Source: Auanema rhodensis
Lineage: Eukaryota; Animalia; Nematoda
NCBI GenBank assembly: GCA_964057225.1
Contig: OZ059897.1
Location: forward strand, 558,001-622,000
DNA: 64,000 nt
Direction: 5' to 3'
Shown here one piece after another: positions 23,701 through 39,200 of the stretch. Positions within the stretch are counted from its first letter, which is position 1, and the number at the start of each line of letters is the position of its first letter. A program made the position numbers and the translations under genes. The notes under the pieces are model-generated. The model saw only the letters and a program-made list of their open reading frames with translations. It was not told the origin of the DNA and made no database searches.

Positions 23701-26700
23701 CATTTTGAAGCTAGGGGAAATCTGATAACACAAATCGACGCAGCTTAAAAATCCGCATCGAATGCACTATACTACATTGAGAAACGCTTATAACAAAAGT
23801 TAGTTATGATCGTTTGAAAAATGATGCATTAGTGTATGTTGAGTTTCCATGTACACTCAACATTGATTCCAAAAACATTTTGAAAAAAATTTTTTCGAAA
23901 AATTTCAAAATAATTTAGCAAAAAGTAGATGTTTTTAGATTCCTTTTTTCGAGGCAAAAACGATGGACAATGTTATTCAACGAAAAAATTAATTCTTCAG
24001 AGTGAAAATCGAGGATATAAGTGTGAACTTATATCAGTTCATATCTCGGTGCATTTTCAAGCTAGCGCAAATCTAATAGTACAGATCGACGCAGCTTAAA
24101 AATCCGCATCGAATGCACTATACTACATTAAGAAAAGCTTAATACAAAGATTAGTTATGATCGTTTGAAAAATGATGCAATAGTGTATGTTGAGTTTCCA
24201 TGTACACTCAAAATTGCTTCCAAAAACATTTTGACAAAAATTTTTTCGAAAAATTTCAAAATAATTTAGCGAAAAGTAGATGTTTTTAGATTCCTTTTTT
24301 CAAGGCAAAAACGATGGACAATGTTATTCAACGAAAAAATTAATTCTTCAGGGTGAAAATCGAGGATATAAGTGTGAACTCATATCAGTTGATATCTCGG
24401 TGCATTTTTAAGCTAGCGGAAATCTGATAACCCAGATCGACGCAGCTTAAAAATCCGCATCAAATGCACTATACTACATTAAGAAAAGCTTAATACAAAA
24501 ATTAGTTATGATCGTTTGAAAAATGATGCATTAGTGTATGTTGAGTTTCCATGTACACTCAAAATTGCTTCCAAAAACATTTTGACAAAAATTTTTTCGA
24601 AAAATTTCAAAATAATTTAGCGAAAAGTAGATGTTTTTAGATTCCTTTTTTCAAGGCAAAAACGATGGACAATTTAATTCAACGAAAAAATTAATTCTTC
24701 AGGGTGAAAATCGAGGATATAGGTGTGAACTTATATCAGTTGATATCTCGGTGCATTTTGAAGCTAGGGGAAATCTGATAACACAAATCGACGCAGCTTA
24801 ATAATCCGCATCGAATGCACTATACTACATTGAGAAACGCTTAATACAAAAATTAGTTATGATCGTTTGAAAAATGATGCATTAGTGTATGTTGAGTTTC
24901 CATGTACACTCAACATTGCTTCCAAAAACATTTTGACAAAAATTTTTTCGAAAACTTTCAGAATAATTTAGCGAAAAGTAGATGTTTTTAGATTCCTTTT
25001 TTCAAGGCAAAAACGATGGACAATGTAATTCAACGAAAAAATTAATTCTTCAGGGTGAAAATCGAGGATATAGGTGTGAACTTATATCAGTTGATATCTC
25101 GGTGCATTTTGAAGCTAGGGGAAATCTGATAACACAAATCGACGCAGCTTAATAATCCGCATCGAATGCACTATACTACATTGAGAAACGCTTAATACAA
25201 AAATTAGTTATGATCGTTTGAAAAAATGATGCATTAGTGTATGTTGAGTTTCCATGTACACTCAACATTGCTTCCAAAAACATTTTGAAAAAAAGTTTTT
25301 CGAAAAATTTCAAAATAATTTAGCGAAAAGTAGATGTTTTTAGATTCCTTTTTTCGAGGCAAAAACGATGGACAATGTTATTCAACGAAAAAATTAATTC
25401 TTCAGAGTGAAAATCGAGGATATAAGTGTGAACTTATATCAGTTCATATCTCGGTGCATTTTCAAGCTAGCGCAAATCTGATAGTACAGATCGACGCAGC
25501 TTAAAAATCCGCATCGAATGCACTATACTACATTAAGAAAAGCTTAATACAAAAATTAGTTATGATCGTTTGAAAAATGATGCAATAGTGTATGTTGAGT
25601 TTCCATGTACACTCAAAATTGCTTCCAAAAACATTTTGACAAAAATTTTTTCGAAAAATTTCAAAATAATTTAGCAAAAAGTAGATGTTTTTAGATACCT
25701 TTTTCCAAGGCAAAAACGATGGACAATGTTATTCAACGAAAAAATTAATTCTTCAGGGTGAAAATCGAGGATATAGGTGTGAACTTATATCAGTTGATAT
25801 CTCGGTGCATTTTGAAGCTAGGGGAAATCTGATAACACAAATCGACGCAGCTTAATAATCCGCATCGAATGCACTATACTACATTGAGAAACGCTTAATA
25901 CAAAAATTAGTTATGATCGTTTGAAAAATGATGCAATAGTTTATGTTGAGTTTCCATGTACACTCAAAATTGCTTCCAAAAACATTTTGACAAAAATTTT
26001 TTCGAAAAATTTCAGAATAATTTAGCGAAAAGTAGATGTTTTTAGATTCCTTTTTTCAAGGCAAAAACGATGGACAATGTAATTCAACGAAAAAATTAAT
26101 TCTTCAGGGTGAAAATCGAGGATATAGGTGTGAACTTATATCAGTTGATATCTCGGTGCATTTTGAAGCTAGGGGAAATCTGATAACACAAATCGACGCA
26201 GCTTAATAATCCGCATCGAATGCACTATACTACATTGAGAAACGCTTAATACAAAAATTAGTTATGATCGTTTGAAAAATGATGCAATAGTGTATGTTGA
26301 GTTTCCATGTACACTCAAAATTGCTTCCAAAAACATTTTGACAAAAATTTTTTCGAAAAATTTCAAAATAATTTAGCGAAAAGTAGATGTTTTTAGATTC
26401 CTTTTTTCAAGGCAAAAACGATGGACAATGTTATTCAACGAAAAAATTAATTCTTCAGGGTGAAAATCGAGGATATAAGTGTGAACTTATATCAGTTGAT
26501 ATCTCGGTGCATTTTTAAGCTAGCGGAAATCTGATAACCCAGATCGACGCAGCTTAAAAATCCGCATCAAATGCACTATACTACATTAAGAAAAGCTTAA
26601 TACAAAAATTAGTTATGATCGTTTGAAAAATGATGCATTAGTGTATGTTGAGTTTCCATGTACACTCAAAATTGCTTCCAAAAACATTTTGACAAAAATT

Positions 26701-29600
26701 TTTTCGAAAAATTTCAAAATAATTTAGCGAAAAGTAGATGTTTTTAGATTCCTTTTTTCAAGGCAAAAACGATGGACAATTTAATTCAACGAAAAAATTA
26801 ATTCTTCAGGGTGAAAATCGAGGATATAGGTGTGAACTTATATCAGTTGATATCTCGGTGCATTTTGAAGCTAGGGGAAATCTGATAACACAAATCGACG
26901 CAGCTTAATAATCCGCATCGAATGCACTATACTACATTGAGAAACGCTTAATACAAAAATTAGTTATGATCGTTTGAAAAATGATGCATTAGTGTATGTT
27001 GAGTTTCCATGTACACTCAACATTGCTTCCAAAAACATTTTGACAAAAATTTTTTCGAAAAATTTCAGAATAATTTAGCGAAAAGTAGATGTTTTTAGAT
27101 TCCTTTTTTCAAGGCAAAAACGATGGACAATGTAATTCAACGAAAAAATTAATTCTTCAGGGTGAAAATCGAGGATATAGGTGTGAACTTATATCAGTTG
27201 ATATCTCGGTGCATTTTGAAGCTAGGGGAAATCTGATAACACAAATCGACGCAGCTTAATAATCCGCATCGAATGCACTATACTACATTGAGAAACGCTT
27301 AATACAAAAATTAGTTATGATCGTTTGAAAAAATGATGCATTAGTGTATGTTGAGTTTCCATGTACACTCAACATTGCTTCCAAAAACATTTTGAAAAAA
27401 AGTTTTTCGAAAAATTTCAAAATAATTTAGCGAAAAGTAGATGTTTTTAGATTCCTTTTTTCGAGGCAAAAACGATGGACAATGTTATTCAACGAAAAAA
27501 TTAATTCTTCAGAGTGAAAATCGAGGATATAAGTGTGAACTTATATCAGTTCATATCTCGGTGCATTTTCAAGCTAGCGCAAATCTGATAGTACAGATCG
27601 ACGCAGCTTAAAAATCCGCATCGAATGCTTTATACTACATTAAGAAAAGCTTAATACAAAAATTAGTTATGATCGTTTGAAAAATGATGCAATAGTGTAT
27701 GTTGAGTTTCCATGTACACTCAAAATTGCTTCCAAAAACATTTTGACAAAAATTTTTTCGAAAAATTTCAAAATAATTTAGCAAAAAGTAGATGTTTTTA
27801 GATACCTTTTTCCAAGGCAAAAACGATGGACAATGTTATTCAACGAAAAAATTAATTCTTCAGGGTGAAAATCGAGGATATAGGTGTGAACTTATATCAG
27901 TTGATATCTCGGTGCATTTTGAAGCTAGGGGAAATCTGATAACACAAATCGACGCAGCTTAATAATCCGCATCGAATGCACTATACTACATTGAGAAACG
28001 CTTAATACAAAAATTAGTTATGATCGTTTGAAAAATGATGCAATAGTTTATGTTGAGTTTCCATGTACACTCAAAATTGCTTCCAAAAACATTTTGACAA
28101 AAATTTTTTCGAAAAATTTCAAGATAATTTAGCGAAAAGTAGATGTTTTTAGATTCCTTTTTTCAAGGCAAAAACGATGGACAATTTAATTCAACGAAAA
28201 AATTAATTCTTCAGGGTGAAAATCGAGGATATAGGTGAGAACTTATATCAGTTGATATCTCGGTGCATTTTGAAGCTAGGGGAAATCTGATAACACAAAT
28301 CGACGCAGCTTAATAATCCGCATCGAATGCACTATACTACATTGAGAAACGCTTAATACAAAAATTAGTTATGATCGTTTGAAAAATGATGTATTAGTGT
28401 ATGTTGAGTTTCCATGTACACTCAACATTGCTTCCAAAAACATTTTGACAAAAATTTTTTCGAAAAATTTCAGAATAATTTAGCGAAAAGTAGATGTTTT
28501 TAGATTCCTTTTTTCAAGGCAAAAACGATGGACAATGTAATTCAACGAAAAAATTAATTCTTCAGGGTGAAAATCGAGGATATAGGTGTGAACTTATATC
28601 AGTTGATATCTCGGTGCATTTTGAAGCTAGGGGAAATCTGATAACACAAATCGACGCAGCTTAATAATCCGCATCGAATGCACTATACTACATTGAGAAA
28701 CGCTTAATACAAAAATTAGTTATGATCGTTTGAAAAAATGATGCATTAGTGTATGTTGAGTTTCCATGTACACTCAACATTGCTTCCAAAAACATTTTGA
28801 AAAAAATTTTTTCGAAAAATTTCAAAATAATTTAGCGAAAAGTAGATGTTTTTAGATTCCTTTTTTCAAGGCAAAAACGATGAACAATGTTATTCAACGA
28901 AAAAATTAATTCTTCAGGGTGAAAATCGAGGATATAAGTGTGAACTTATATCAGTTGATATCTCGGTGCATTTTCAAGCTAGCGGAAATCTGATAACACA
29001 GATCGACGCAGCTTAAAAATCCGCATCTAATGCACTATACTACATTAAGAAAAGCTTAATACAAAAATTAGTTATGATCGTTTGAAAAATGATGCATTAG
29101 TGTATGTTGAGTTTCCATGTACACTCAAAATTGCTTCCAAAAACATTTTGACAAAAATTTTTTCGAAAAATTTCAAAATAATTTAGCGAAAAGTAGATGT
29201 TTTTAGATTCCTTTTTTCAAGGCAAAAACGATGGACAATTTAATTCAACGAAAAAATTAATTCTTCAGGGTGAAAATCGAGGATATAGGTGTGAACTTAT
29301 ATCAGTTGATATCTCGGTGCATTTTGAAGCTAGGGGAAATCTGATAACACAAATCGACGCAGCTTAATAATCCGCATCGAATGCACTATACTACATTGAG
29401 AAACGCTTAATACAAAAATTAGTTATGATCGTTTGAAAAATGATGCATTAGTGTATGTTGAGTTTCCATGTACACTCAAAATTGCTTCCAAAAACATTTT
29501 GACAAAAATTTTTTCGAAAAATTTCAGAATAATTTAGCGAAAAGTAGATGTTTTTAGATTCCTTTTTTCAAGGCAAAAACGATGGACAATGTAATTCAAC
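23700..29600. repeat. Domain D: TTTTGAAGCTAGGGG-rich subfamily; 6-mer duplicated, followed by a 4-mer derivative
   Basis: A +1 A insertion (TGAAAAAATG) at 25221-6, 27328-33 and 28733-8 (+2107, +1405). GATACCTTTTTCCAAGG at about 25697/27804; TAACCCAG...GCATCAAATG at about 24432/26539. Confidence 0.88.
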
Positions 29601-32600
29601 GAAAAAATTAATTCTTCAGGGTGAAAATCGAGGATATAAGTGTGAACTTATATCAGTTGATATCTCGGTGCATTTTTAAGCCAGCGCAAATCTGATAACA
29701 CAGATCGACGCAGCTTAAAAATCCGCATCGAATGCACTATACTACATTGAGAAACGCTTAATACAAAAATAAGTTATGATCGTTTGAAAAATGATGCATT
29801 AGTGTATGTTGAGTTTCCATGTACACTCAAAATTGCTTCCAAAAACATTTTGACAAAAATTTTTTCGAAAAATTTCAAAATAATTTAGCGAAAAATAGAT
29901 GTTTTTAGATTCCTTTTTTCAAGGCAAAAACGAGGGACAATGTAATTCAACGAAAAAATTGATTCTTCAGGGTGAAAATCGAGGATATAGGTGTGAACTT
30001 ATATCAGTTGATATCTCGGTGCATTTTTAAGCTAGCGGAAATCTGATAACACAGATCGACGCAGCTTAAAAATCCGCATCGAATGCACTATACTACATTA
30101 AGAAACGCTCAATACAAAAATAAGTTATGATCGTTTGAAAAATGATGCATTAGTGTATGTTGAGTTTCCATGTACACTCAAAATTGCTTCCAAAAACATT
30201 TTGACAAAAAGTTTTTCGAAAAATTTCAAAATAATTTAGCGAAAAGTAGATGTTTTTAGATTCCTTTTTTCAAGGCAAAAACGATGGACAATGTAATTCA
30301 ACGAAAAAATTAATTCTTCAGGGTGAAAATCGAGGATATAAGTGTGAACTTATATCAGTTGATATCTCGGTGCATTTTGAAGCTAGGGGAAATCTGATAG
30401 TACAGATCGACGCAGCTTAAAAATCCGCATCGAATGCACTATACTACATTAAGAAAAGCTTAATACAAAAATTAGTTATGATCGTTTGAAAAATGATGCA
30501 TTAGTGTATGTTGAGTTTCCATGTACACTCAAAATTGCTTCCAAAAACATTTTGACAAAAATTTTTTCGAAAAATTTCAAGATAATTTAGCAAAAAGTAG
30601 ATGTTTTTAGATTCCTTTTTTCGAGGCAAAAACGATGGACAATGTTATTCAACGAAAAAATTAATTCTTCAGGGTGAAAATCGAGGATATAAGTGTGAAC
30701 TTATATCAGTTGATATCTCGGTGCATTTTCAAGCTAGCGCAAATCTGATAGTACAGATCGACGCAGCTTAAAAATCCGCATCGAATGCACTATACTACAT
30801 TGAGAAACGCTTATAACAAAAGTTAGTTATGATCGTTTGAAAAATGATGCATTAGTGTATGTTGAGTTTCCATGTACACTCAAAATTGCTTCCAAAAACA
30901 TTTTGAAAAAAATTTTTTCGAAAAATTTCAAAATAATTTAGCGAAAAGTAGATGTTTTTAGATTCCTTTTTTCAAGGCAAAAACGATGGACAATGTTATT
31001 CAACGAAAAAATTAATTCTTCAGGGTGAAAATCGAGGATATAAATGTGAACCTATATCAGTTGATATCTCGGTGCATTTTTAAGCCAGCGCAAATCTGAT
31101 AACACAGATCGACGCAGCTTAAAAATCCGCATCGAATGCACTTTACTACATTGAGAAACGCTTAATACAAAAATAAGTTATGATCGTTTGAAAAATGATG
31201 CATTAGTGTATGTTGAGTTTCCATGTACACTCAAAATTGCTTCCAAAAACATTTTGACAAAAATTTTTTCGAAAAATTTCAAAATAATTTAGCGAAAAAT
31301 AGATGTTTTTAGATTCCTTTTTTCAAGGCAAAAACGAGGGACAATGTAATTCAACGAAAAAATTGATTCTTCAGGGTGAAAATCGAGGATATAGGTGTGA
31401 ACTTATATCAGTTGATATCTCGGTGCATTTTTAAGCTAGCGGAAATCTGATAACACAGATCGACGCAGCTTAAAAATCCGCATCGAATGCACTATACTAC
31501 ATTAAGAAACGCTCAATACAAAAATAAGTTATGATCGTTTGAAAAATGATGCATTAGTGTATGTTGAGTTTCCATGTACACTCAAAATTGCTTCCAAAAA
31601 CATTTTGACAAAAAGTTTTTCGAAAAATTTCAAAATAATTTAGCGAAAAGTAGATGTTTTTAGATTCCTTTTTTCAAGGCAAAAACGATGGACAATGTAA
31701 TTCAACGAAAAAATTAATTCTTCAGGGTGAAAATCGAGGATATAAGTGTGAACTTATATCAGTTGATATCTCGGTGCATTTTCAAGCTAGCGCAAATCTG
31801 ATAGTACAGATCGACGCAGCTTAAAATTCCGCATCGAATGCACTATACTACATTGAGAAACGCTTATAACAAAAGTTAGTTATGATCGTTTGAAAAATGA
31901 TGCATTAGTGTATGTTGAGTTTCCATGTACACTCAAAATTGCTTCCAAAAACATTTTGAAAAAAATTTTTTCGAAAAATTTCAAAATAATTTAGCGAAAC
32001 GTAGATGTTTTTAGATTCCTTTTTTCAAGGCAAAAACGATGGACAATGTTATTCAACGAAAAAATTAATTCTTCAGGGTGAAAATCGAGGATATAAGTGT
32101 GAACTGATATCAGTTGATATCTCGGTGCATTTTCAAGCTAGCGCAAATCTGATAGTACAGATCGACGCAGCTTAAAAATCCGCATCGAATGCACTATACT
32201 ACATTGAGAAACGCTTATAACAAAAGTTAGTTATGATCGTTTGAAAAATGATGCATTAGTGTATGTTGAGTTTCCATGTACACTCAAAATTGCTTCCAAA
32301 AACATTTTGAAAAAAATTTTTTCGAAAAAATTCAAAATAATTTAGCGAAAAGTAGATGTTTTTAGATTCCTTTTTTCAAGGAAAAAACGATGGACAATGT
32401 AATTCAACGAAAAAATTAATTCTTCAGGGTGAAAATCGAGGATATAAGTGTGAACCTATATCAGTTGATATCTCGGTGCATTTTTAAGCCAGCGCAAATC
32501 TGATAACACAGATCGACGCAGCTTAAAAATCCGCATCGAATGCACTTTACTACATTGAGAAACGCTTAATACAAAAATAAGTTATGATCGTTTGAAAAAT

Positions 32601-35600
32601 GATGCATTAGTGTATGTTGAGTTTCCATGTACACTCAAAATTGCTTCCAAAAACATTTTGACAAAAATTTTTTCGAAAAATTTCAAAATAATTTAGCGAA
32701 AAATAGATGTTTTTAGATTCCTTTTTTCAAGGCAAAAACGAGGGACAATGTAATTCAACGAAAAAATTGATTCTTCAGGGTGAAAATCGAGGATATAGGT
32801 GTGAACTTATATCAGTTGATATCTCGGTGCATTTTTAAGCTAGCGGAAATCTGATAACACAGATCGACGCAGCTTAAAAATCCGCATCGAATGCACTATA
32901 CTACATTAAGAAACGCTCAATACAAAAATAAGTTATGATCGTTTGAAAAATGATGCATTAGTGTATGTTGAGTTTCCATGTACACTCAAAATTGCTTCCA
33001 AAAACATTTTGACAAAAAGTTTTTCGAAAAATTTCAAAATAATTTAGCGAAAAGTAGATGTTTTTAGATTCCTTTTTTCAAGGCAAAAACGATGGACAAT
33101 GTAATTCAACGAAAAAATTAATTCTTCAGGGTGAAAATCGAGGATATAAGTGTGAACTTATATCAGTTCATATCTCGGTGCATTTTCAAGCTAGCGCAAA
33201 TCTGATAGTACAGATCGACGCAGCTTAAAAATCCGCATCGAATGCACTATACTACATTAAGAAAAGCTTAATACAAAAATTAGTTATGATCGTTTGAAAA
33301 ATGATGCAATAGTGTATGTTGAGTTTCCATGTACACTCAAAATTGCTTCCAAAAACATTTTGACAAAAATTTTTTCGAAAAATTTCAAAATAATTTAGCG
33401 AAAAGTAGATGTTTTTAGATTCCTTTTTTCAAGGCAAAAACGATGGACAATGTTATTCAACGAAAAAATTAATTCTTCAGGGTGAAAATCGAGGATATAA
33501 GTGTGAACCTATATCAGTTGATATCTCGGTGCATTTTTAAGCCAGCGCAAATCTGATAACACAGATCGACGCAGCTTAAAAATCCGCATCGAATGCACTT
33601 TACTACATTGAGAAACGCTTAATACAAAAATAAGTTATGATCGTTTGAAAAATGATGCATTAGTGTATGTTGAGTTTCCATGTACACTCAAAATTGCTTC
33701 CAAAAACATTTTGACAAAAATTTTTTCGAAAAATTTCAAAATAATTTAGCGAAAAATAGATGTTTTTAGATTCCTTTTTTCAAGGCAAAAACGAGGGACA
33801 ATGTAATTCAACGAAAAAATTGATTCTTCAGGGTGAAAATCGAGGATATAGGTGTGAACTTATATCAGTTGATATCTCGGTGCATTTTTAAGCTAGCGGA
33901 AATCTGATAACACAGATCGACGCAGCTTAAAAATCCGCATCGAATGCACTATACTACATTAAGAAACGCTCAATACAAAAATAAGTTATGATCGTTTGAA
34001 AAATGATGCATTAGTGTATGTTGAGTTTCCATGTACACTCAAAATTGCTTCCAAAAACATTTTGACAAAAAGTTTTTCGAAAAATTTCAAAATAATTTAG
34101 CGAAAAGTAGATGTTTTTAGATTCCTTTTTTCAAGGCAAAAACGATGGACAATGTAATTCAACGAAAAAATTAATTCTTCAGGGTGAAAATCGAGGATAT
34201 AAGTGTGAACTTATATCAGTTGATATCTCGGTGCATTTTCAAGCTAGCGCAAATCTGATAGTACAGATCGACGCAGCTTAAAATTCCGCATCGAATGCAC
34301 TATACTACATTGAGAAACGCTTATAACAAAAGTTAGTTATGATCGTTTGAAAAATGATGCATTAGTGTATGTTGAGTTTCCATGTACACTCAAAATTGCT
34401 TCCAAAAACATTTTGAAAAAAATTTTTTCGAAAAATTTCAAAATAATTTAGCGAAAAGTAGATGTTTTTAGATTCCTTTTTTCAAGGCAAAAACGATGGA
34501 CAATGTTATTCAACGAAAAAATTAATTCTTCAGGGTGAAAATCGAGGATATAAGTGTGAACTGATATCAGTTGATATCTCGGTGCATTTTCAAGCTAGCG
34601 CAAATCTGATAGTACAGATCGACGCAGCTTAAAAATCCGCATCGAATGCACTATACTACATTGAGAAACGCTTATAACAAAAGTTAGTTATGATCGTTTG
34701 AAAAATGATGCATTAGTGTATGTTGAGTTTCCATGTACACTCAAAATTGCTTCCAAAAACATTTTGAAAAAAATTTTTTCGAAAAATTTCAAAATAATTT
34801 AGCGGAAAGTAGATGTTTTTAGATTCCTTTTTTCAAGGCAAAAACGATGGACAATGTTATTCAACGAAAAAATTAATTCTTCAGGGTGAAAATCGAGGAT
34901 ATAAGTGTGAACCTATATCAGTTGATATCTCGGTGCATTTTTAAGCCAGCGCAAATCTGATAACACAGATCGACGCAGCTTAAAAATCCGCATCGAATGC
35001 ACTTTACTACATTGAGAAACGCTTAATACAAAAATAAGTTATGATCGTTTGAAAAATGATGCATTAGTGTATGTTGAGTTTCCATGTACACTCAAAATTG
35101 CTTCCAAAAACATTTTGACAAAAATTTTTTCGAAAAATTTCAAAATAATTTAGCGAAAAATAGATGTTTTTAGATTCCTTTTTTCAAGGCAAAAACGAGG
35201 GACAATGTAATTCAACGAAAAAATTGATTCTTCAGGGTGAAAATCGAGGATATAGGTGTGAACTTATATCAGTTGATATCTCGGTGCATTTTTAAGCTAG
35301 CGGAAATCTGATAACACAGATCGACGCAGCTTAAAAATCCGCATCGAATGCACTATACTACATTAAGAAACGCTCAATACAAAAATAAGTTATGATCGTT
35401 TGAAAAATGATGCATTAGTGTATGTTGAGTTTCCATGTACACTCAAAATTGCTTCCAAAAACATTTTGACAAAAAGTTTTTCGAAAAATTTCAAAATAAT
35501 TTAGCGAAAAGTAGATGTTTTTAGATTCCTTTTTTCAAGGCAAAAACGATGGACAATGTAATTCAACGAAAAAATTAATTCTTCAGGGTGAAAATCGAGG

Positions 35601-36000
35601 ATATAAGTGTGAACTTATATCAGTTCATATCTCGGTGCATTTTCAAGCTAGCGCAAATCTGATAGTACAGATCGACGCAGCTTAAAAATCCGCATCGAAT
35701 GCACTATACTACATTAAGAAAAGCTTAATACAAAAATTAGTTATGATCGTTTGAAAAATGATGCAATAGTGTATGTTGAGTTTCCATGTACACTCAAAAT
35801 TGCTTCCAAAAACATTTTGACAAAAATTTTTTCGAAAAATTTCAAAATAATTTAGCGAAAAGTAGATGTTTTTAGATTCCTTTTTTCAAGGCAAAAACGA
35901 TGGACAATGTTATTCAACGAAAAAATTAATTCTTCAGGGTGAAAATCGAGGATATAAGTGTGAACTTATATCAGTTCATATCTCGGTGCATTTTCAAGCT
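29600..36000. repeat. Domain E: marker monomer at 4, 4, 3, 4 spacing; 7-mer (4+3) duplicated
   Basis: ACGAGGG at 29934, 31338, 32742, 33795 and 35199. AAAATTCCGC at 31827/34284 and GAACTGATAT at 32106/34563 recur at +2457. Confidence 0.9.
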
Positions 36001-36299
36001 AGCGCAAATCTGATAGTACAGATCGACGCAGCTTAAAAATCCGCATCGAATGCACTATACTACATTAAGAAAAGCTTAATACAAAAATTAGTTATGATCG
36101 TTTGAAAAATGATGCAATAGTGTATGTTGAGTTTCCATGTACACTCAAAATTGCTTCCAAAAACATTTTGACAAAAATTTTTTCGAAAAATTTCAAAATA
36201 ATTTAGCGAAAAGTAGACGTTTTTAGATTCCTTTTTTCAAGGCAAAAACGATGGACAATGTTATTCAACGAAAAAATTAATTCTTCAGGGTGAAAATCG

Positions 36300-39200
36300 A
36301 GGATATAAGTGTGAACTTATATCAGTTGATATCTCGGTGCATTTTTAAGCTAGCGGAAATCTGATAACACAGATCGACGCAGCTTAAAAATCCGCATCGA
36401 ATGCACTATACTACATTGAGAAACGCTTAATACAAAAATAAGTTATGATCGTTTGAAAAATGATGCATTAGTGTATGTTGAGTTTCCATGTACACTCAAA
36501 ATTGCTTCCAAAAACATTTTGACAAAAATTTTTTCGAAAAATTTCAAAATAATTTAGCGAAAAGTAGATGTTTTTAGATTCCTTTTTTCAAGGCAAAAAC
36601 GATGGACAATGTAATTCAACGAAAAAATTGATTCTTCAGGGTGAAAATCGAGGATATAGGTGTGAACTTATATCAGTTGATATCTCGGTGCATTTTTAAG
36701 CTAGCGGAAATCTGATAACACAGATCGACGCAGCTTAAAAATCCGCATCGAATGCACTATACTACAATGAGAAACGCTTAATACAAAAATTGGTTATGAT
36801 CGTTTGAAAAATGATGCATTAGTGTATGTTGAGTTTCCATGTACACTCAAAATTGCTTCCAAAAACATTTTGACAGAAATTTTTTCGAAAAATTTCAAAA
36901 TAATTTAGCGAAAAGTAGATGTTTTTAGATTCCTTTTTTCAAGGCAAAAACGATGGACAATGTTATTCAACGAAAAAATTAATTCTTCAGGGTGAAAATC
37001 GAGGATATAAGTGTGAACTTATATCAGCTGATATCTCGGTGCATTTTTAAGCTAGCGGAAATCTGATAACACAGATCGACGCAGCTTAAAAATCCGCATT
37101 GAATGCACTATACTACATTGAGAAACGCTTAATACAAAAATAAGTTATGATCGTTTGAAAAATGATGCATTAGTGTATGTTGAGTTTCCATGTACACTCA
37201 AAATTGCTTCCAAAAACATTTTGACAAAAATTTTTTCGAAAAATTTCAAAATAATTTAGCGAAAAGTAGATGTTTTTAGATTCCTTTTTTCAAGGCAAAA
37301 ACGATGGACAATGTAATTCAACGAAAAAATTAATTCTTCAGGGTGAAAATCGAGGATATAGGTGTGAACTTATATCAGTTGATATCTCGGTGCATTTTTA
37401 AGCTAGCGGAAATCTGATAACACAGATCGACGCAGCTTAAAAATCCGCATCGAATGCACTATACTACATTGAGAAAAACTTAATACAAAAATTAGTTATG
37501 ATCGTTTGAAAAATGATGCATTAGTGTATGTTGAGTTTCCATGTACACTCAAAATTGCTTCCAAAAACATTTTGACAAAAATTTTTTCGAAAAATTTCAA
37601 AATAATTTAGCGAAAAGTAGATGTTTTTAGATTCCTTTTTTCAAGGCAAAAACGATGGACAATGTAATTCAACGAAAAAATTAATTCTTCAGGGTGAAAA
37701 TCGAGGATATAGGTGTGAACTTATATCAGTTGATATCTCGGTGCATTTTTAAGCTAGCGGAAATCTGATAACACAGATCGACGCAGCTTAAAAATCCGCA
37801 TCGAATGCACTATACTACAATGAGAAACGCTTAATACAAAAATTGGTTATGATCGTTTGAAAAATGATGCATTAGTGTATGTTGAGTTTCCATGTACACT
37901 CAAAATTGCTTCCAAAAACATTTTGACAGAAATTTTTTCGAAAAATTTCAAAATAATTTAGCGAAAAGTAGATGTTTTTAGATTCCTTTTTTCAAGGCAA
38001 AAACGATGGACAATGTTATTCAACGAAAAAATTAATTCTTCAGGGTGAAAATCGAGGATATAAGTGTGAACTTATATCAGCTGATATCTCGGTGCATTTT
38101 TAAGCTAGCGGGAATCTGATAACACAGATCGACGCAGCTTAAAAATCCGCATCGAATGCACTATACTACATTGAGAAAAACTTAATACAAAAATTAGTTA
38201 TGATCGTTTGAAAAATGATGCATTAGTGTATGTTGAGTTTCCATGTACACTCAAAATTGCTTCCAAAAACATTTTGACAAAAATTTTTTCGAAAAATTTC
38301 AAAATAATTTAGCGAAAAGTAGATGTTTTTAGATTCCTTTTTTCAAGGCAAAAACGATGGACAATGTAATTCAACGAAAAAATTAATTCTTCAGGGTGAA
38401 AATCGAGGATATAGGTGTGAACTTATATCAGTTGATATCTCGGTGCATTTTTAAGCTAGCGGAAATCTGATAGTACAGATCGACGCAGCTTTAAAATCCG
38501 CATCGAATGCACTATACTACATTGAGAAACGCTTAATACAAAAATTAGTTATGATCGTTTGAAAAATGATGCATTAGTGTATGTTGAGTTTCCATGTACA
38601 CTCAAAATTGCTTCCAAAAACATTTTGACAAAAATTTTTTCGAAAAATTTCAAAATAATTTAGCGAAAAGTAGATGTTTTTAGATTCCTTTTTTCAAGGC
38701 AAAAACGATGGACAATGTAATTCAACGAAAAAATTGATTCTTCAGGGTGAAAATCGAGGATATAGGTGTGAACTTATATCAGTTGATATCTCGGTGCATT
38801 TTTAAGCTAGCGGAAATCTGATAACACAGATCGACGCAGCTTAAAAATCCGCATCGAATGCACTATACTACAATGAGAAACGCTTAATACAAAAATTGGT
38901 TATGATCGTTTGAAAAATGATGCATTAGTGTATGTTGAGTTTCCATGTACACTCAAAATTGCTTCCAAAAACATTTTGACAGAAATTTTTTCGAAAAATT
39001 TCAAAATAATTTAGCGAAAAGTAGATGTTTTTAGATTCCTTTTTTCAAGGCAAAAACGATGGACAATGTTATTCAACGAAAAAATTAATTCTTCAGGGTG
39101 AAAATCGAGGATATAAGTGTGAACTTATATCAGTTGATATCTCGGTGCATTTTTAAGCTAACGGAAATCTGATAACACAGATCGACGCAGCTTAAAAATC

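Noticed and set aside
251-27820. 61-aa minus-strand ORFs (251, 3410, 8324, 10781, 15695, 25528, 27635)
   Set aside because: They appear only where common SNPs happen to remove stops, begin at TTG rather than ATG, have low-complexity F/K/N/I composition and are broken in most monomers.
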